Virus record (IMG/VR): IMGVR_UViG_3300050343_000285
Coordinates: 96,001 to 160,000 of that record
Length of the DNA stretch: 64,000 nucleotides
Source: a virus
Strand: one strand, 5' to 3'
Positions 49,652 to 59,603 of this stretch are shown here, one piece after another. Made by a program: the position numbers and the translations under genes. The notes beneath the pieces were generated by a model. That model ran no database searches, was not told where the DNA came from, and saw only the letters and a program-made list of their open reading frames with translations. Within the stretch, counting starts at the first letter, position 1; the number at the start of each line of letters is the position of its first letter.

Positions 49652-51156
49652 TTTTTTGTTTTTGAAAAAAATATACAGTATCTATGGAATCTACTAGAGT
49701 AAAACCATAGCTTTTAATCTTATTGATACACTTTTCTTTAAATTTTTTATCTTTCATTAAAAACTGATGTATTTCTATAAGTATCTTGTTACAATTTTGT
49801 ATCACATGAGCGTTTTCCTCTAAAAAAATTAACTCACCACCTTCACAATCTATATTCATGCAGTTAATATTTTCTATATTTTTTTATACTACTTAATTTA
49901 ATACATTCTAAATTATAATCTCTTCTGGTTTTTGCGAAATTTCTACCATTATCAACTCGATCAGCTGACCCAGCAACTATCAAATTATAAGTCTGAAAAT
50001 TAACTATATCTAATGTTTGCGAAATATAACCAAATACCAAGTCTACATTTTTTATATTGTTCTCTTGCATTGTCTTCTGTAATGACTCTTTGAGTTCTGG
50101 ATTGGCTTCCACAGATATGACATGCTTACATTTTCTTGATAATCTTAGAGTAGTAATACCTAAACATGATCCAATCTCTAAAACATTATCCTTTTTATTT
50201 AAATATTTATTAATTAAACATAATTCTGTTTTTTCATATATTTTATTACGAAATCTTTGCATTAGTTCTGGTATGCAATATCTCTTTGGTATAAATATTT
50301 TATTATTTAGATAATTCACGGATTGTATATCTTTTTGTTTTCTTAAACTTTCTCTTTTGATTTTTTCCCCATCTAGTAAAATCCTCGAAGCTGCTGGCTG
50401 GCTCATACTAGATTCAACATCTCTAATACCTTTTACTAATTTAAATAATCCAGCAGGCTCAAGACTCGATAAATGGTCACTACCCCACATATTATGATTA
50501 AGAGTAATGTGCCTTTCGACCCATTCAGCACCTAGAGCCACTGAAGCAAAAGTAGATACTAAGCCATACTCATGACCACTATAGCCTATCTGTCTTGTAG
50601 GCCATCTTTTTTTCAGCCATTTGATATAGTTAAGATTAATTTCATTTACTGGACAAGGATACGTGCTATTTGTATGCATAACAACATCAGCATCGCACGA
50701 GTATATACAGTCTTCTATTTCTTTTTCTGTACTCATACCAGTAGATATTATTAAAGTATTAAACTTTTTTTTAGAATGAACACAAAGATCCCTATCTGTA
50801 ATAACAGCAGAAGGTATTTTTGCAATATTTACATATTTGCTCATTAAATCTGCACTAGGAATATCCCAAACACTAGCAAACATTTTAATATTTTGGCTTT
50901 TAGCATAGTCTATCAATTCAACAATTTGCTCTTCATTAAATTCAATTTTTTCTTTATACTCAAGATATGTCATATCCCCCCAAGGTGTTGATCGCATCTT
51001 GGTCTTTTGGTCTTCTGGAACACAAATGCTTGGCGTTCTTTTTTGAATTTTTACATAATCACAGCCAGAAGCACTAGATATATTAATGAGTTTTTTACAG
51101 GTGTCGATAGAGCCATTGTGGTTGATCCCTATTTCCGCTATAATCTTGGTTTTCAA
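49632..51156 (-). CDS. neuB: N-acetylneuraminate (nonulosonate) synthase fused to an FkbM-type methyltransferase (one frameshift near 49870)
   Basis: IIAEIGINHNG, KIQKRTP, KIPSA, ISTGMS, GYSGHE, VERHITL; then in frame VLEIGSCLG, VEANP and, after an A-run indel, NIDCEGGE. Confidence 0.85.
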
Positions 51157-51188
51157 TAGTAAATTCCTTCTCCTTACAAGATAATATC

Positions 51189-51203
51189 ACTATATTATAC
51201 ACC
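51189..51203 (-). promoter_or_regulatory. Recurrent promoter-like motif (GGTGTATAATATAGT)
   Basis: Intergenic, upstream of the AAGGAG SD of neuB. Confidence 0.6.
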
Positions 51204-51241
51204 TATTTTAATTCGATCAAGTCATTTATGTATTATAATAT

Positions 51242-52355
51242 TTATTCTATTTTTTTAAGTTCATGTTTTATTTTATTATCTCGATCTAATAAAAAATCTC
51301 CTAAATAAACTTGATTATTTTGCGGATATAATAGAGAAGTTGGTTTTCTGTTTTCGTCAAATAAAGTAATGATATCTTCTTTACTTCTTTCCCAATATCT
51401 TTCATTAGTATTATTGTATATATCTATAGTCCCATCCTTATTTAATTGCATATTGCCATGAAACTTTCTTTCCAATGTAGACGTATTAATACTGTAAAAC
51501 TCCCACAAGTGTATAGTTTTATTGTCAATATCCCCAAAATCTGTTTTAAAAAACTTTATCTTTGTTCTCCTGCATCTTTGTTAAAAAGTCTTTATAGTTT
51601 TCCCAAGAATCTATAATATAGTGTATGTGAGTAAGTCTACCTTTAGGATTAATAGCAGAGTAATCTTCATATATATCATTGGAACTATCAAAAAATGTAC
51701 TTTCGACTATAGGCACTTTACATATTTTTGCTAAGACAGACGCTCCATTATCGGTCCACGAAACCTTATACTTATGTGTCAGCTTTAAATATTGTTCGGT
51801 TCTGTTACATAGTTTAATTTTTTGAACAGCACTCATTGAGTAAAGTGTAGCCTCCCAACTATGTACGAACATTGGCGGACCTTGATGACCATTTAGATCT
51901 GATCTACCAAAAAAGATATTTCTCATTTTCATATCTCTTAAAATCATTTGTTGCTTAATACACATATCTCCAGTTCTTCCGGATATTAAACATATCGGAT
52001 CATTATAGTCATAGAAATCTGATAGTAGTTCATATGTTCTATCTATATCCGTACTAGAATCATCATCAACCTGAAAAATCCATTTATAATTAATCGGATT
52101 TTTATATATATAATTTACAAATCTTAGAGATGTAGGAGCGTCGTTACCACAGTCCGACCATTCATAATCATAATTACTACATAAAGACTTTATAAAGTCT
52201 GGCTCAGGACCATCCGCTAGAAATAATAGTTTAAAGCTAATATTATTATGGTTAGTGAATTTTAAACCATAAATCTCTATAAAATTTTTAATTCTTTTTA
52301 AGAATTTTTCTTGCCTTGGAGATGATAATACAGCTATGATAAAATCATATTTCAT
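51242..52355 (-). CDS. Fringe/GT31-like glycosyltransferase with C-terminal extra domain (two ORFs joined by a T-run frameshift)
   Basis: KWIFQVDDDS DxD motif; deleting one T at ~51548 reads KVFKTDFGDIDNKTIHLWEFY into the 88-aa ORF. Confidence 0.55.
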
Positions 52356-52651
52356 TTAAAATACTCATTAGAATTTATATTTTTGTCATCTATAAAGATA
52401 TCGTATACTGGTTTACCAAAAAGCATTTGACTATACTTAACAAGCCATCTATTGAATTGTTCAATTGTAACGGCCCTCCAATCAATACCGCTTTTAGTGC
52501 CTCTAGCAGTCCAATAAATAATTGTGTGGCCTTGATTATACAGATCATTCATTTTGGCTATTCTATCATAAATTGGCGTGGCTTCAGAATAGTCCTGACT
52601 ATCTGTAGGTAGTTTACAAATTGTATCATCTATATCTATATATATTATCAT
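52352..52651 (-). CDS. Small HAD-superfamily phosphatase (capsule-biosynthesis type)
   Basis: IDIDDT, WTARG, GKP..D.FIDDK. Confidence 0.8.
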   Translation of the reverse strand: MIIYIDIDDTICKLPTDSQDYSEATPIYDRIAKMNDLYNQGHTIIYWTARGTKSGIDWRAVTIEQFNRWLVKYSQMLFGKPVYDIFIDDKNINSNEYFK

Positions 52652-53207
52652 AAGTCTACAGCTTTCATCCCTTCATCATATGTTAAAAACGCCGCTATTG
52701 TATATCTAGAGCCTTTAGTTATTTTTGTTACCCCATGAAGACAATCCATACTGCCAAGATGAATCGCAGTATGACCTTTTTTGGGCTTAATTTCTATATT
52801 TCTTTCTGGATAATAAAGCAAACCGCCTTCAAAATCTTCGTTTAAAAATGTTACTATACCAAAATCCCTCCAAGGATAGTCATGAGGAGGACATCCCGGC
52901 GGATTTTCAGCATCGGCATGTGGCTGTAAATCATAACCTTCGGGCCATCTAGCGATGCTAAAATGCTCACAAAAAAACTTTCTTGCTGGTTAAATTCTCT
53001 AACTTGTCTACTACAGATTTAAGAGACTCTAGCATAACATTCTGAACTTCCGGGTTTTTTTACTTGGTGATAGAATAAAGTTCTACCTTGCCAGTAGTTT
53101 TGCTCACTTAATTCTCCAAAATCTTTTGAATTATTATCTAAGTAATCTATAATTAAATTTATATCTTCTTGATTTGTTATATTTTCAAAGACCATAGGAA
53201 ATGTCAT
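52648..53207 (-). CDS. 2OG-Fe(II) oxygenase, prolyl 4-hydroxylase-like (frameshifted, mostly absent from ORF track)
   Basis: Manual translation: IARWPEGYDLQPHADAENP...FLNEDFEGGLLYYP...CLHGVTKITKGSRYTIAAF (HxD...H...R). Confidence 0.82.
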
Positions 53208-53222
53208 GACTATGTATCCTCC

Positions 53223-53978
53223 TTAATTATCTAAATGTGTTTGGTGATCTTTAAATTTATTGCCATATACATCCTCACCATTATGATATCTACGACCATT
53301 ACCGTTTTTTTTGTATTTATCTAAATTACCTCTCTCATCCCCATGCTCTAATCCACATTTCATTTCTGCTTCAAGTTGTTCATTTGATAATATGTCTGCT
53401 GAATCTTTTATTTCAAACTTATCTATAAAATGTCTAGGATATGGTATAACACAACCTACTATATCTCCTTTAGATATTCTTATCTTATGATTAGGTCTAG
53501 TAATTCTAATATTATATGTAAAATCTCTTCTAAGATTATCTGTTTCAACTACTCCCGTCATGTGATATAAGCCGTCAATAAAAGTATTAGGAGGATTGAT
53601 GGTCATTAAATTAACGCCATCTGGAGTACGCAAAGAGAATGTTGTTTGTATCGTAATTGTACCCATGCCGAAATGACTGCTGATAGATTGTAATATTTTA
53701 TTTTTTTTAAAATCTTCAGGATCTAAATAAGTTACTTCTACATCGCTAGGACTATCTCCACCATTCCATATAACTTCTATATCATGTATGCTTTTTAATA
53801 TAAAACCATGCTGATTGCCCATAACTAAAGGTAAACAAAAATACGCATGTTTAACAAACCAATCACGTTTAAAATCCCCTTTAAGAGAAGCATATAATTT
53901 ATCAATATTCTCTTTAGTTTGAAACTCACGGGCATGTGCTATTAAACCTATTGTATTTTCTTTTATTAATTTGCTCAT
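53223..53978 (-). CDS. DUF6065-like protein
   Basis: AYFCLPL..GNQHG, SHFG.G.IT, LRTP, PPN, GVVETD, FT.N.RITRP. Confidence 0.65.
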   Translation of the reverse strand: MSKLIKENTIGLIAHAREFQTKENIDKLYASLKGDFKRDWFVKHAYFCLPLVMGNQHGFILKSIHDIEVIWNGGDSPSDVEVTYLDPEDFKKNKILQSISSHFGMGTITIQTTFSLRTPDGVNLMTINPPNTFIDGLYHMTGVVETDNLRRDFTYNIRITRPNHKIRISKGDIVGCVIPYPRHFIDKFEIKDSADILSNEQLEAEMKCGLEHGDERGNLDKYKKNGNGRRYHNGEDVYGNKFKDHQTHLDN

Positions 53979-55844
53979 TCCAATCTCATTATTCTGTTCA
54001 CTGGTATAGTTTTAGTATTTACTTCTTCCTTGTATCTTTCTTTCATCCATTTAGTTTTCAGTCTATCTGGAACCATCATAAACCCAAAATAAGCAAGATA
54101 ATGTAAAATACTGGCTTTGGTATAAAAACTCAATACATCGTTTTCGTCTAATGATATTTCAGAAGCACCACTACCATATATAATATCTGGGCCATGAATA
54201 TCATCAAGTTCTACTCCAGAGTTATTTAAAAACCATTAACATAGAATATTGGTCTGATAAATGATCAAACCATTTGTAATCTTTTTCGTTTAGTACTTCT
54301 TTTGCTTTTTTTAATAGTTTTTTTCTTTCTATCTTAATCTTATTGCTAAAATCTTTAATTTTTTCGTGATATATTTTACTGGGTAAGATAATTTGGCCCC
54401 CATTGATTCCGTTACCTCCTAAGACCTTTTTAATTGTTTCGTCGCTCCCCTCGCCTATTACATAAGCACAATCATTTCTATTATATTTATTAAACATATA
54501 CGCTGGATTTTTAGTAAAGATAATATCACTATCTATAACAAATACTTTATCATAGTCAAAATTTGCAAAGAGATGATCCATAGTATTCCATTTAAAAAAG
54601 AAGACATCGCTATTCGTCTCTCTGTTAAAATCAAACTCTATAAAATTAACATCTGGAAAATCTAAAAATAAATTTTCATCACCTTCAAAAACTTTAGTGC
54701 TTTTTAAATCATTTTTTTGTTTATTATAATATACAACTATATCGAATTGTTTTTCTGTTTTATATGAAGTTTTATATAGTGTTTCTAAAGCATAATAAAG
54801 CATACAATAATATTTCATATTATTATCATTATAATCATCAAGAAATAATGCGAAAACGATTGCTCTTGTCTCAACTACATCTCCCACTACTTCACTTGGG
54901 TCTTTAACAAATAAGTTTTGCCAATATTTATTCGGATTATTAATTTTATTTATTTTCAATTTCCAATTTTTAGCGCATTCTATTAATTCATTGTTTCTTA
55001 AATATTTAGGGAGCATGAAACAGGAATGACCAGCAGAATAGTGTACGATACACGTTTTAATATTGTCTATTACGATATCATTATTTTTAACAGAGACATC
55101 ATAAACTGTATTATCTGACTCTAAATTAGAACGAGATGGCGTAGTAAAATCTTCTACTTCTAAATCTCCAAAGTCTTTACTATTTTTAGTTAATATATTT
55201 TGACCACAATATTGCTCATTAAAGAATGTAAAATTATTATATTTATCAAGAGTAATTTCTTTTTTATTTAATAACTTTTTTGCTGCTTTATTGAGTCTAA
55301 TTCTTTCTTTAACAACATCTTTATAGAAATTATTTGCATCTTTATGAAACTTTTTAGGTATTAATAGTTGACCGCTACCCATAGGTGATAATGTGGGGCA
55401 CACCTGTGTTGCTGTATCATCCCAAAGACCATAACCATATATTTTTTTATTATCATATTTATTAAAAATATAATTTGGATTTTTATAGAAAATAACGTCA
55501 CTGTCTATTAAGAAAATCTTATCGTAGTCATACTTGAATACATTTTCTAGATTATGCCATTTGCTCATCCAAGGAGTATTGACACCATTAGGGTCTGTTT
55601 CTATTGTGTACTTTTTATCATAAGTGCTTTCTGTTAATATAAATTTATTTTTAAATTCATTATATATACTATATTCTTCTAAATATTTATATTTTTTAAA
55701 ATCAGGAAATGTATAATATACTCTAACATCAAATGACTCATCATATAAATTATCTAATGTTTTTAATGCATAGTAAAGCATTGCGTAGTATGTTGAATTT
55801 TGATTTAAGCAACATATCGAAAAATACAAACAGTTATTATTCAT
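53975..55844 (-). CDS. Protein with two tandem DxD glycosyltransferase-like domains (C-terminus frameshifted)
   Basis: Internal duplication MLYYALKTL..IFLIDSDVIF..GQL..NEQY / MLYYALETL..VFVIDSDIIF..GQI..DQY; stitched C-terminus ends at the ATGA overlap. Confidence 0.6.
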
Positions 55845-56826
55845 ATTCTTTATTATCCTTATAAAATTTATGAATAAATTTTTCTTTATATAGTTTATCA
55901 ATATCAATATCAACTGAAGATATTTCTTTTAATTTATTTTTTAATATTTTTGTATGCTTTCTTTGTGTAGATACAGCATCCTGTCTTATCCTTTGTCTTT
56001 GCTCTAAGGTGGGATAATTAAGTAGCCATTTTCCTACACATTCGGCTACACTTTCTGGGCTATCGTCTGCTATCAAACAGTTAGTACTTGTAAAAAAAGT
56101 ATCTCTACCACCTTTTGATTTAGTAGAGACTATAGGTAATCCGCATAATAAATATTCTATACTACTATACATCGCTCCTTCGCTACTAGAGAGACATAAC
56201 CCCACCCGTGATCTGTTTAATACATCGTTAACTTGATTCTTATTTATCAAGTTATGATATAAAGTAAAAGGATTATTCTGATTAGCCATTAATAACATAT
56301 GACCCTTTTTAGTGTATGGATGAGGCAATCTATTTTCTGAAGTTAAATATAGAATGTTGCTCAAATTATAAGAAAGATGATGTCTTTTGTATGGACACAT
56401 TCTGGCTGTATATACACAATCCCACATTTTATCACAAGACTGTATATTAAAAATTTTCCTACTTACGGTGGCATTGTGATTACATAATATTCCAGAAAAT
56501 CTACTGCCATATTCTTTTGGTATCCTATTTAATGTTTCAATATCATTACAGCATATAACTATATTAAGATCAGTAGTCTCTCCTAATATCTGATTAATTT
56601 GAGGTTTGAGTGCCTTCCAAGACGCATCATTCAATGTGCGATATTGCCATAAAAATAATGTATAAGGATTGTCTTGGTTTTTAATGTACCTTATTGTATT
56701 GCTTAATAAATTTTTATTTTTAGGATTCAGAGGTATATTTTTTTTATCTTTTAGTATTCCTGTCGTACCAAATAATACGTTTATCTCTGGTATTTCAAAC
56801 AATTTATTCAATTTATGCCTCCACAA
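55837..56826 (-). CDS. GT4-like glycosyltransferase
   Basis: YTARMCPYKRH and LSSSEGAMYSSIEYLLCGLPIVST; start position uncertain. Confidence 0.75.
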   Translation of the reverse strand: MWRHKLNKLFEIPEINVLFGTTGILKDKKNIPLNPKNKNLLSNTIRYIKNQDNPYTLFLWQYRTLNDASWKALKPQINQILGETTDLNIVICCNDIETLNRIPKEYGSRFSGILCNHNATVSRKIFNIQSCDKMWDCVYTARMCPYKRHHLSYNLSNILYLTSENRLPHPYTKKGHMLLMANQNNPFTLYHNLINKNQVNDVLNRSRVGLCLSSSEGAMYSSIEYLLCGLPIVSTKSKGGRDTFFTSTNCLIADDSPESVAECVGKWLLNYPTLEQRQRIRQDAVSTQRKHTKILKNKLKEISSVDIDIDKLYKEKFIHKFYKDNKEYE

Positions 56827-57155
56827 TTTTCTCTAATGATATCATTAGACAAAAGTTCAGACCAATAAATTTCGTAGGCTACTGTTTCCTCAAGAGCCTC
56901 GAACATATGATATTCTTTAGGCTTAACAACAGACATTTGCTTTGATGCTATTATAGTTTCGTCTTTTAGGTCGTAATCATTTTTCCATATACTAATTTTT
57001 AAAGAGCCTTTTTCTATAAAGAATGCATTATACTTATTATCATGCTTATGTTTAGAACAGTAACCTCCTTTATTAACTTCTATACGATGAATTTCAACAT
57101 TATTTTTTAAAAAAAGTTGTTGAGTTAAACCCCATATTTTCCCCTGAATATTCAT
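56808..57155 (-). CDS. Cupin-domain protein (sugar isomerase-like)
   Basis: KIWG, CSKHKH...N.F.IE.G, KPKEYHMFEA. Confidence 0.7.
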   Translation of the reverse strand: MNIQGKIWGLTQQLFLKNNVEIHRIEVNKGGYCSKHKHDNKYNAFFIEKGSLKISIWKNDYDLKDETIIASKQMSVVKPKEYHMFEALEETVAYEIYWSELLSNDIIRENCGGIN

Positions 57156-57764
57156 TTATATAGCCTTTATATTTTTAGGTATATATTCGTAATTATATTT
57201 AATTAAAAGTTTTTTATATTTATTCATAAAATTTTCTACAGTTTTGGATTGTATATTTAAAGGATATAAACTATGCTTATTGATTTTATCTTTATGAATT
57301 ACATTGTATCCTTTTAGTATTTGAGATAGATCTTGCTGCAAGTTTTCCTGCCTACCTATGAGCCAAGCATCTTTTGTATAATTATTAAAAAAAGTTTCCA
57401 AGAAATTAGAATGGTAGTTGGCGCATCTCTGCACCGTATCATTTAGATCGTCTTCATTTATACATTCATGCCAATGGCTCCAATTATTTTTACTTTCCCA
57501 ATTATTCTTGGGTTTAGAGTTTTGACTATCTCTACAATTTGCATGTTTCCAGTGTCCCCATACTGAACAAACTAAAGAAAGGGGATGCCTAATAAAAGTA
57601 AAATATTTTTTACTAGTACTGGTTTTTTCCTTGACAACAAAATATGGATCGTGTTTTTCACAAATGTTTTTCCCATTACATTGGCGACTTAATATATTTT
57701 CAATATAAGTACCACCAGTTTTGGGCATATGTATAAATATCATATCATTTAGTTCAATAGCCAT
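57156..57764 (-). CDS. Sulfotransferase-like protein
   Basis: FIHMPKTGGT and FIRHP motifs. Confidence 0.7.
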   Translation of the reverse strand: MAIELNDMIFIHMPKTGGTYIENILSRQCNGKNICEKHDPYFVVKEKTSTSKKYFTFIRHPLSLVCSVWGHWKHANCRDSQNSKPKNNWESKNNWSHWHECINEDDLNDTVQRCANYHSNFLETFFNNYTKDAWLIGRQENLQQDLSQILKGYNVIHKDKINKHSLYPLNIQSKTVENFMNKYKKLLIKYNYEYIPKNIKAI

Positions 57765-58327
57765 TATATATACTCGTAATTAAATCTTTCAAAATCCTCT
57801 GTGTAGTAATCATAAAGATTATTTTTCTGCTCTTTAGTTATATTAATATTTATTATCTGGGTCTCGTTTGTTTTTTTTATCTTAACAGGTATGCCTTTGT
57901 CTATTAGAAATCTTTTTACATCTAAATCATATTGTTCGAATTTTATGACATTATCTGCATGTTCTATACAGTTATAAGGATGGGTTATTGGTATAGCATG
58001 ATGTTTAAAACTTTCAATTCTACCATATTCATTATCATATGCAAGGCTATCATCTTTTAAATAATTTATCGCAGTATCTATTGTTAAGTCTCTAATTTCC
58101 GGCGGGAACACGGTTGTTCCAAATTTAAACATTTTAAAAGCAGATAAAAACCTTTCTATCGGATGTCTGCAAAAACCTATCTTATTATAATTAATATATT
58201 CATTAGGTATATATCCTTTATACCTTTCTGTAAATTTTACACCTGAATATCTTCTAATAGATGATCCTCCACACTTCGGTATATGTATTATAATTAATTT
58301 ATATTTATGGTTAATAAAATTACTCAT
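57764..58327 (-). CDS. Sulfotransferase (family 2)
   Basis: IHIPKCGGSSI, RHPIERFLSAF, YY.EDFERFNY. Confidence 0.8.
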   Translation of the reverse strand: MSNFINHKYKLIIIHIPKCGGSSIRRYSGVKFTERYKGYIPNEYINYNKIGFCRHPIERFLSAFKMFKFGTTVFPPEIRDLTIDTAINYLKDDSLAYDNEYGRIESFKHHAIPITHPYNCIEHADNVIKFEQYDLDVKRFLIDKGIPVKIKKTNETQIININITKEQKNNLYDYYTEDFERFNYEYI

Positions 58328-58842
58328 ATTACTAATTTAATAATTACACAATCATCATTTTTGGGTGTAGCATTTATAGCAGCAGGATTTATGAGATTAT
58401 ATATTCTATCATACCACCAATGCATATTTTTAATAGTTTTATGACAGTTGGTTTTATCTGGTAATAAGATAGTTGCCTCTCTAGTTGAAATAGCATGATA
58501 CATAAATTTTGGTTTTAGATATAACATTTCCTCAAATATATTATCTAGTTCATCTTCATATATATGTTCTAACAAATCGGTAGTAATAACTAAATCATAT
58601 TTTTCTTTGGGTATTTTTTCTTTCCCAGGATAGCATGGGTCAAATTCATCAATTAATACATTTCGCTTTCTTAAACTTTTCGCTAAGGAACCAGTACCAG
58701 AGCCAAAATCTAAAACAGTTTGCGCTCCAGTTTGACGTATAAGGTTTAATATATCTTCAGCGTACTCTAAGCCAGTGTCTCCATAATTACGCTCCTGATG
58801 CAACTGCTTGTATAATTTAAGGTCTTTATAATGATATTTCAT
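58324..58842 (-). CDS. Class I SAM-dependent methyltransferase
   Basis: VLDFGSGTG, FDP, YDLVITTDLLEHI. Confidence 0.85.
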   Translation of the reverse strand: MKYHYKDLKLYKQLHQERNYGDTGLEYAEDILNLIRQTGAQTVLDFGSGTGSLAKSLRKRNVLIDEFDPCYPGKEKIPKEKYDLVITTDLLEHIYEDELDNIFEEMLYLKPKFMYHAISTREATILLPDKTNCHKTIKNMHWWYDRIYNLINPAAINATPKNDDCVIIKLVI

Positions 58843-59603
58843 ACTATTTCCTTAATATTTTGATATAATTTATTACCATCGTGGCATCCACTTTTTACTT
58901 CTTTTCTTCCACAAGGATATGGTTCCCTAGAACGCTTAAAACCTCGACCTTCGGATGATTGACCAGAGTGTAAATGTTTTGGTAATTCTCTACAGGGTGT
59001 TATATAAACATACCTACGAAAAAATTCTTTCCATTTTGATTGATTAAATTCATTAGGTTCCCTAGCCAACATAAAAAAATAACCAAGTATCTGTTCACAT
59101 ATTTCAACATCCAACTCTTTAAAGTTCTCTTTATGACAATATTCTATTATATTTTTTAACGCTTTGATCATATTTTTTTTAGAATCTAAAAATAAATGAC
59201 CAGATAAACAAAAGGGGTGAATATTCCAAAAACCATTATCTGTTGTATGAAGTCTATTAGGGAATTTTATGAAATTATCTATCATTTTATCCAGATTAGG
59301 ATATAATTCATCGCTTCTTGTTTTTAAAATATATTCATTTTTTGCAAGTAAAGAACCCTGTAATAATGTTTTTGTTATATAATATATACTACCATGATTA
59401 ATAATATTTGACATATCATCAGGATAGTCGCTAGTGACTAATTTAAATTTTGCATTTTTTGATTTTTTGTTCAAAAGAAAATAGTTCTCGCCTGTTGACC
59501 ACGTTGAGACTATAACTTCTCCAAAATCTTGGTAACAGTCTATAGCCTCATAGGTTCTTTCGTCCAGCGGCCCTTGTATGACTACCGATATATTTTCTCT
59601 CAT
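58839..59603 (-). CDS. WavE-like glycan biosynthesis protein
   Basis: SVVIQGP, VIVSTW, LKTRSDE. Confidence 0.65.
   Translation of the reverse strand: MRENISVVIQGPLDERTYEAIDCYQDFGEVIVSTWSTGENYFLLNKKSKNAKFKLVTSDYPDDMSNIINHGSIYYITKTLLQGSLLAKNEYILKTRSDELYPNLDKMIDNFIKFPNRLHTTDNGFWNIHPFCLSGHLFLDSKKNMIKALKNIIEYCHKENFKELDVEICEQILGYFFMLAREPNEFNQSKWKEFFRRYVYITPCRELPKHLHSGQSSEGRGFKRSREPYPCGRKEVKSGCHDGNKLYQNIKEIV

Noticed and set aside
43362-59603. Host chromosomal LPS/capsule locus
   Set aside because: There are no Wzx/Wzy/Wzz/ABC export or priming transferase genes. The cluster is interleaved with phage genes and shares the same intergenic motif as the structural-type genes.
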